From: a virus
Taxonomy: Duplodnaviria > Caudoviricetes
Strand: one strand, 5' to 3'
Length of the DNA: 30,070 nt
Virus record (IMG/VR): IMGVR_UViG_3300032218_000521
Coordinates: 1-30,070 of that record
In this document: positions 26,090 through 30,070 of the stretch, in pieces
How the letters are laid out: every line of letters starts with the position of its first letter
Numbering within the stretch: position 1 is the stretch's first letter
Notes under the pieces: model-generated
The model's input: the letters and a program-made list of their open reading frames with translations, nothing else
What the model was told of the DNA's origin: nothing
Databases searched by the model: none
Made by a program: the position numbers and the translations under genes

Positions 26090-26177
26090 CATAGCCAGAA
26101 GACGTGGCCAGCCAGCACTCGATGATTTAATTAAACGTATGTATAAGGAAAAAAATGATGGACAAAAGAACGTATGA
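25974..26177 (+). CDS. Small helical phage protein (CEAR...RRG motif)
   Basis: HMYQCEAREW...WWAKVKDDIARRRGQPALDDLIKRM; start uncertain (25881, 25974 or 25987-region ATG). Confidence 0.6.
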   Translation: MLEHMYQCEAREWMRRRATKIGEVGLEAAQLWWAKVKDDIARRRGQPALDDLIKRMYKEKNDGQKNV

Positions 26178-26340
26178 CCATGCATGGAACAAAGGGTTTG
26201 AAATGGGGGTTGGATTTGCTTGTGACGAATTAAATCTACCGCCAGCACAAGCACTTGTTCTTTTGCAAATTTACGACGAATTAAAAAAAACACCAATGAA
26301 AGAATTTATTGCTAAACAAAAGGAGAAAAGCAATGGCTGA
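26155..26340 (+). CDS. Hypothetical protein
   Basis: RBS AAGGA; overlaps both neighbours. Confidence 0.6.
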   Translation: MMDKRTYDHAWNKGFEMGVGFACDELNLPPAQALVLLQIYDELKKTPMKEFIAKQKEKSNG

Positions 26341-26623
26341 AAAAGAAATGAGCGATTTCCAAAAAGCATTTTTAATCGGGCAAGGAACAGGCGCGCAACT
26401 GTTCACACAAAAAGAATTTGACACTGCATTAGAACAAGCCAAAACAGAAATCATGGCATTTGCTGTGGAGACTGCGCGGCATGCTGTGATGATTGAACGC
26501 AAGGCATGCCATGAATTGGTAAAAGAACTTGCGTCTGCTGAAGACGAAGGCGAGGTTTGCACTGCGTTAAACAATGCGGCGGTAGCCATCATGGACCGCA
26601 TACCAACTCAGAAATGGCAATAG
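26333..26623 (+). CDS. Hypothetical protein (ERxAC family)
   Basis: RBS AGGAG, ATG 26333; AVMIERKACHELV...AIMDR. Confidence 0.65.
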   Translation: MAEKEMSDFQKAFLIGQGTGAQLFTQKEFDTALEQAKTEIMAFAVETARHAVMIERKACHELVKELASAEDEGEVCTALNNAAVAIMDRIPTQKWQ

Positions 26624-26842
26624 CATGACACAAGATGAAATCATTGAGATGGCTAAATCAATCAACGAAGATTGGTGGCTAGATGACATTGACCTTCAAG
26701 ACTTTGCCAAACTGGTAGCAGAGCGTGAGCGTGAGGCGTGTGCAAAAGTGGCTGACAAATACGTTGAAGGGCTTGAGCGTAACTACTCAGAAATAATCGC
26801 TGACGAAATCAGAGCAAGGGGACAAGCATGACACAAGATGAA
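26622..26842 (+). repeat. 18-bp perfect direct repeat at two consecutive gene starts
   Basis: AGCATGACACAAGATGAA at 26622-26639 and 26825-26842. Confidence 0.9.
26625..26831 (+). CDS. Hypothetical protein ('EREACAK...IRARG' phage family)
   Basis: MTQDEIIEMAK...FAKLVAEREREACAKVA...IADEIRARG. Confidence 0.75.
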   Translation: MTQDEIIEMAKSINEDWWLDDIDLQDFAKLVAEREREACAKVADKYVEGLERNYSEIIADEIRARGQA

Positions 26843-27061
26843 TTTGTAAACACCAGATTAAAAGCATTAATAGAAGATTTACGTATCAACCATGAATACA
26901 ACGAAAAAGAAGTTTTTTTGCAAGCGGCAGATGAACTGGAAAGATTGCAACAAGGCATTGAAACTTTGTACACAATGTATGAACAAGTATGCAAACAGCG
27001 TGATCAATTAATGGATGTACAAAAGTCAATGGTTGAAGCATTGCGCGGAAGAATTCAATGA
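26828..27061 (+). CDS. Hypothetical coiled-coil protein
   Basis: LIEDLR...QAADELERLQ; ATGA overlaps at both ends. Confidence 0.7.
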   Translation: MTQDEFVNTRLKALIEDLRINHEYNEKEVFLQAADELERLQQGIETLYTMYEQVCKQRDQLMDVQKSMVEALRGRIQ

Positions 27062-27405
27062 TTGAATTGACACTTCCATGGCCGCCAACAATGAATACAT
27101 ATTGGCGCAACTACAACGGCAGAGTATTGCTTAGTGCAAAAGGCAGAGAGTATCGCAACGCGGTAGCAGACCAAGTGCTAATACAACGTGCGGCAAAACA
27201 CATTGATTACGCATGTAAGGTAGAAATACAAGCATTCAGACCAGACCGCCGTCGCAGGGACCTAGACAACTTGCTAAAGGCTGTACTTGATGGCATGGTC
27301 CACGCTGGTGTGATGCAAGACGATGCACTTATAGAAGACCTGCGCATCTATTGGGCTAACGAAGTTGGCGGTATGGTAAAGATAACCATAGAGGGCATAC
27401 AGTGA
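27058..27405 (+). CDS. rusA: RusA-family Holliday junction resolvase
   Basis: LPWPPTMNTYWR; PDRRRRDLDNLLKAVLDGM; QDDALI. Confidence 0.92.
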   Translation: MIELTLPWPPTMNTYWRNYNGRVLLSAKGREYRNAVADQVLIQRAAKHIDYACKVEIQAFRPDRRRRDLDNLLKAVLDGMVHAGVMQDDALIEDLRIYWANEVGGMVKITIEGIQ

Positions 27406-27617
27406 AAGACGAACCACAACTTATAGACCTGTTTGCTATGTTTGTTGTGCAGGGTTTGCTGACAGCAGAAATTGTTGGCGAATACAGCAACGAGCACGTT
27501 GCAGGTATTGCATACAGGGTGGCTGACGCCATGATGAAAGAACGTCAAAATTATGTGTTACCATTGTCTAACCAACAGGTAAACAAACCTAGAGGTAAAA
27601 AACCAACCAGGGAATAA
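27402..27617 (+). CDS. Small protein related to the 'LRDYFA...ADAM' family
   Basis: LIDLFAMFVVQGLL...AYRVADAMMKER resembles 23044-23268. Confidence 0.65.
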   Translation: MKDEPQLIDLFAMFVVQGLLTAEIVGEYSNEHVAGIAYRVADAMMKERQNYVLPLSNQQVNKPRGKKPTRE

Positions 27618-27628
27618 GGAGCGAATTT

Positions 27629-28078
27629 ATGAATCAATACGACATGTTTGAAGATAGCGAAGATGATGATGACGACTCTGGCAAATGGTGTGAATGTTGC
27701 AAACAAAAAATACGCAAGTTAAATCCACACGTAATGTGTCGGGCTAAAGTTTCACTGCTTGAACTAATAGCAAAAGAAGATGACTTTGTAAAAATATCTA
27801 GTGGAATGAAAAACCAAATTGTGGGTGACGCAGGTGTGCTTGCGTTGCGTTTGAAATGGTTTGGATTAGTTCAGTCTGGTGGAAAAAGATCGGGCTTGTA
27901 CAAAGCAACAAAAGAAGGCATAGATTTTTTGCGAGGAATACACATGGTCCCAGCAACTATTTATTGCAGAGATGGATTAGTTTTGGACCGTGACCTAACA
28001 TTGGTTTCGGTTCATAGCGTCAAAGATGTTGTGCTTGACAAAGAATATTGGAACAACTACGGCAGGGGTCAAAGATGA
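27629..28078 (+). CDS. Hypothetical protein (CxCC plus possible winged-helix end)
   Basis: RBS AAGGAG; CECCKQ; LKWFGLV...GLYKATKEGIDFLRG. Confidence 0.65.
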   Translation: MNQYDMFEDSEDDDDDSGKWCECCKQKIRKLNPHVMCRAKVSLLELIAKEDDFVKISSGMKNQIVGDAGVLALRLKWFGLVQSGGKRSGLYKATKEGIDFLRGIHMVPATIYCRDGLVLDRDLTLVSVHSVKDVVLDKEYWNNYGRGQR

Positions 28079-28413
28079 GCGAAGCACAAGATATATCACC
28101 ATTTAAAGCATTGGACTTTATGCGCGACAAAGCGCATGAGTTTGGCCAAAAAAAAGGTTACATGATTTTCATGCAAGAAAAACGCAAGACGGTTAAAGCA
28201 ATGTTGATGGCTTCATCATCAGAAAAAACAGAGTCGGCAAAAGAAACATATGCTTACTCGCATGAGGATTACAAAACGCATCTTGCCGAGTTGCGAGATG
28301 CTGTGGCAGACTACGAAACATTGCGCATACAAATGTCTGCGGCAGAGGCTAAGATTGAAGTGTGGAGAAGTTTGGAATCATCAGCACGCGCTGAAGGAAG
28401 GGCTACCCAATGA
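28075..28413 (+). CDS. Helical coiled-coil phage protein
   Basis: ATG 28075 overlapping the prior stop; AKETYAYSHEDY...AEAKIEVWRSLESSAR. Confidence 0.7.
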   Translation: MSEAQDISPFKALDFMRDKAHEFGQKKGYMIFMQEKRKTVKAMLMASSSEKTESAKETYAYSHEDYKTHLAELRDAVADYETLRIQMSAAEAKIEVWRSLESSARAEGRATQ

Positions 28414-28691
28414 CACTAGAACGCAAACCAATTGGCATCAGTGCACCATACAGACCACTGACTGCTGAAGACGAAGAATTTAATCGTGTTGAACGCGAGT
28501 CACGCGTTAAGCAAGAAATGATTCGAGCAATCAATAAAAACCGTGATGATGATGACGATATACAAGATTACAAACGTGGTTGGGTGCCATTGAACTGGGG
28601 CGACATACCTGCGGGTCAAGAAAACAATTTCGACTTCATGGAAGGTGCTCGTTGGGCCGAGAAATACCTCAAGGAGAAAAACAATGCTTGA
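28410..28691 (+). CDS. Hypothetical protein
   Basis: EDEEFNR...DDDIQDYKRGWV...ARWAEKYLKEKN; ATGA overlap. Confidence 0.65.
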   Translation: MTLERKPIGISAPYRPLTAEDEEFNRVERESRVKQEMIRAINKNRDDDDDIQDYKRGWVPLNWGDIPAGQENNFDFMEGARWAEKYLKEKNNA

Positions 28692-28785
28692 AACTGTTGC
28701 ATGGGCGGTTTTGTTTATGTGTTTGGGCGGTGCTGTCGTTGTAATTGTTGGCGTCGCAATACTGATGATTAGCGGTGACGAGTAA
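28684..28785 (+). CDS. 33-aa single-TM peptide (not in ORF track)
   Basis: RBS AAGGAG; MLETVAWAVLFMCLGGAVVVIVGVAILMISGDE; fills the gap and overlaps both neighbours. Confidence 0.6.
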   Translation: MLETVAWAVLFMCLGGAVVVIVGVAILMISGDE

Positions 28786-29080
28786 GGCCGAAAGGAAATA
28801 TTTAAGTGCAGTGGCTGAACTGGGGTGTGGAGTGTGCCGTCGTATGGGCTACGCTGGCACTCCAGCCGAACTGCACCACCCAAGGCGCGGAACGGGCATG
28901 GGACAGCGCGCAAGCAACATGGACGTCATACCCCTATGCCCAGAGCACCACAGGGGCAATACGGGCCTGCATGGCCTTGGCACCAAAGGCTTTGCCAAGC
29001 ACTACGGTTACGACGAAGCGGACCTACTGCAAGACACAAAAGAATTATTAGAACTTTCTTCTCCTAGGGTTTTAACATGA
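28775..29080 (+). CDS. Ref-like / DUF968-like HNH nuclease
   Basis: GCGVC...AELHHPR...VIPLCPEHHRG...GFAKHYG. Confidence 0.75.
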   Translation: MTSKAERKYLSAVAELGCGVCRRMGYAGTPAELHHPRRGTGMGQRASNMDVIPLCPEHHRGNTGLHGLGTKGFAKHYGYDEADLLQDTKELLELSSPRVLT

Positions 29081-29171
29081 AAATATTTGTCAACGTAATG
29101 CAACCGAGTCGCGTTGTATACGTGTAGGTTAAACTACAATCCACAAACCAACATTGAATTGAAAGCGAATT

Positions 29172-29462
29172 ATGACTACAGACACAGCACTCCAAATCGT
29201 TGACCAACTTGGCTTGATCCAAGACCAAATCGATCAACTGACCGAGCAGGCCGAAAACCTCAAGGCACAGGTCAAACTGTTAGGCGCAGGCACTTACTCA
29301 GGTACTTTGTACGTGACCAAAGTCACAGCAGTAAAAGAGAAACTCTCTACCTCTTGGGCATCAGTGGCCAAGACATTCAACCCAAGCGAAGACTTGATCA
29401 AGTCCCACAGCAAAGTGGTCCCAGCAGGTTTCTCTGCATCTACAACCCCTCTCAGCAACTAA
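29172..29462 (+). CDS. Hypothetical protein (N-terminal coiled coil)
   Basis: IVDQLGLIQDQIDQLTEQAENLKAQV; first gene after a ~90-bp intergenic gap. Confidence 0.7.
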   Translation: MTTDTALQIVDQLGLIQDQIDQLTEQAENLKAQVKLLGAGTYSGTLYVTKVTAVKEKLSTSWASVAKTFNPSEDLIKSHSKVVPAGFSASTTPLSN

Positions 29463-29474
29463 GGAGTCACAGCC

Positions 29475-29693
29475 ATGAACCTTGAACTCAGAAAATTTAC
29501 ACAGGGTGTCAAGGGCTACCTCACTGGCGAGGTTGGCTCTTGGGAAATTTGGTACGAATTGGAAGATGGGTCTTGGGACCTATACGAAGATAACGTCTGG
29601 AATTTTTGCGACAAAGAAAGCCGCTACAGCCAATTCAAATTGGCCCAAGCCGCTTTTGAAACAATTGAAGAATTACTTTTTAGGACCGCGTAA
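29475..29693 (+). CDS. Hypothetical acidic/aromatic protein
   Basis: RBS AAGGAG; TAATG coupling to the next gene. Confidence 0.65.
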   Translation: MNLELRKFTQGVKGYLTGEVGSWEIWYELEDGSWDLYEDNVWNFCDKESRYSQFKLAQAAFETIEELLFRTA

Positions 29694-30022
29694 TGGACTT
29701 CCATACACACAACGAATACGACATCAACACAAACGGGTGTGCCCATCAGGGCACGCTACGCGGCGTGTTGTACCAAACATTGGTAGACAAACTGGGTCCA
29801 CCTAATAAGGGTGACGAATACAAAGTTGACGCCGAGTGGGACCTTCGCTGGGAAGATGGCACGGTGGCCACTATCTACAATTGGAAAGACGGCCCCAACT
29901 ACAACGATGGCGGCGGCACACCAGTACATAACATCACCGAATGGAACATTGGTGCTCGCAATATCTTGGACATTGTGCGCGTGTTTGAGGTGCTTGGATT
30001 ACTTGACAAGGTGACGGCATGA
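29693..30022 (+). CDS. Hypothetical phage protein
   Basis: QGTL...YQTLVDKLGPP...KVDAEW...DGTVATIYNWK...WNIG. Confidence 0.7.
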   Translation: MDFHTHNEYDINTNGCAHQGTLRGVLYQTLVDKLGPPNKGDEYKVDAEWDLRWEDGTVATIYNWKDGPNYNDGGGTPVHNITEWNIGARNILDIVRVFEVLGLLDKVTA

Positions 30023-30070
30023 CACTGGCCACACTGATACAAAAATATCGCAAGATACCTACGCCTAGCA
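30019..30070 (+). CDS. Partial (3'-truncated) ORF
   Basis: ATGA overlap with the previous stop; MTLATLIQKYRKIPTP open to the window end. Confidence 0.4.
   Translation, partial: MTLATLIQKYRKIPTPS

Noticed and set aside
29081-29171. Promoter TTGTAT...TACAAT upstream of the last gene cluster
   Set aside because: Spacer is only 15 bp; a promoter in this gap is plausible but cannot be placed confidently
1-30070. Alternative genetic code, tRNA genes or introns
   Set aside because: Standard-code ORFs tile the window and all three stops are used; no cloverleaf or interrupted gene recognised by eye

Overview
This 30-kb window is a gene-dense segment of a tailed dsDNA bacteriophage. The podovirus-like layout is inferred from the adaptor, nozzle and ejection-protein genes and the absence of tail tube or sheath genes. 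From 1 to ~22,000 on the + strand lies the late region: small basic and Gly-rich proteins, a head-tail adaptor-like protein with an inserted discoidin-like domain, two tail fibre/receptor-binding proteins, and a lysis cassette (small membrane proteins, 3TM holin, M15A endolysin) embedded in the tail module. A second adaptor-like gene, a tail appendage, a nozzle and five large putative ejection proteins follow; the last carries a lytic transglycosylase, and an intrinsic terminator closes the region. From 22,003 to 24,580 on the - strand is an early operon (SSB-like protein ending DDDIPF, AT-hook protein, PD-(D/E)XK exonuclease). From 24,695 on the + strand are a Cro-like HTH, a DUF1376-type replication protein with internal iteron-like repeats, many small nin-like ORFs, RusA and a Ref-like HNH nuclease. 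No CI repressor, integrase, tRNA, CRISPR or reverse transcriptase is visible. The most interesting signals are short peptide motifs (hydrophobic-[AKRT]-x-GG and P-x-G-[GAT]-L) shared by otherwise unrelated virion proteins, a probable ATT start codon in the lysis cassette, a run of 30 G/C-ending codons in the nozzle gene, and a symmetric divergent switch without a repressor. All family assignments come from motif recognition by eye, not database searches.
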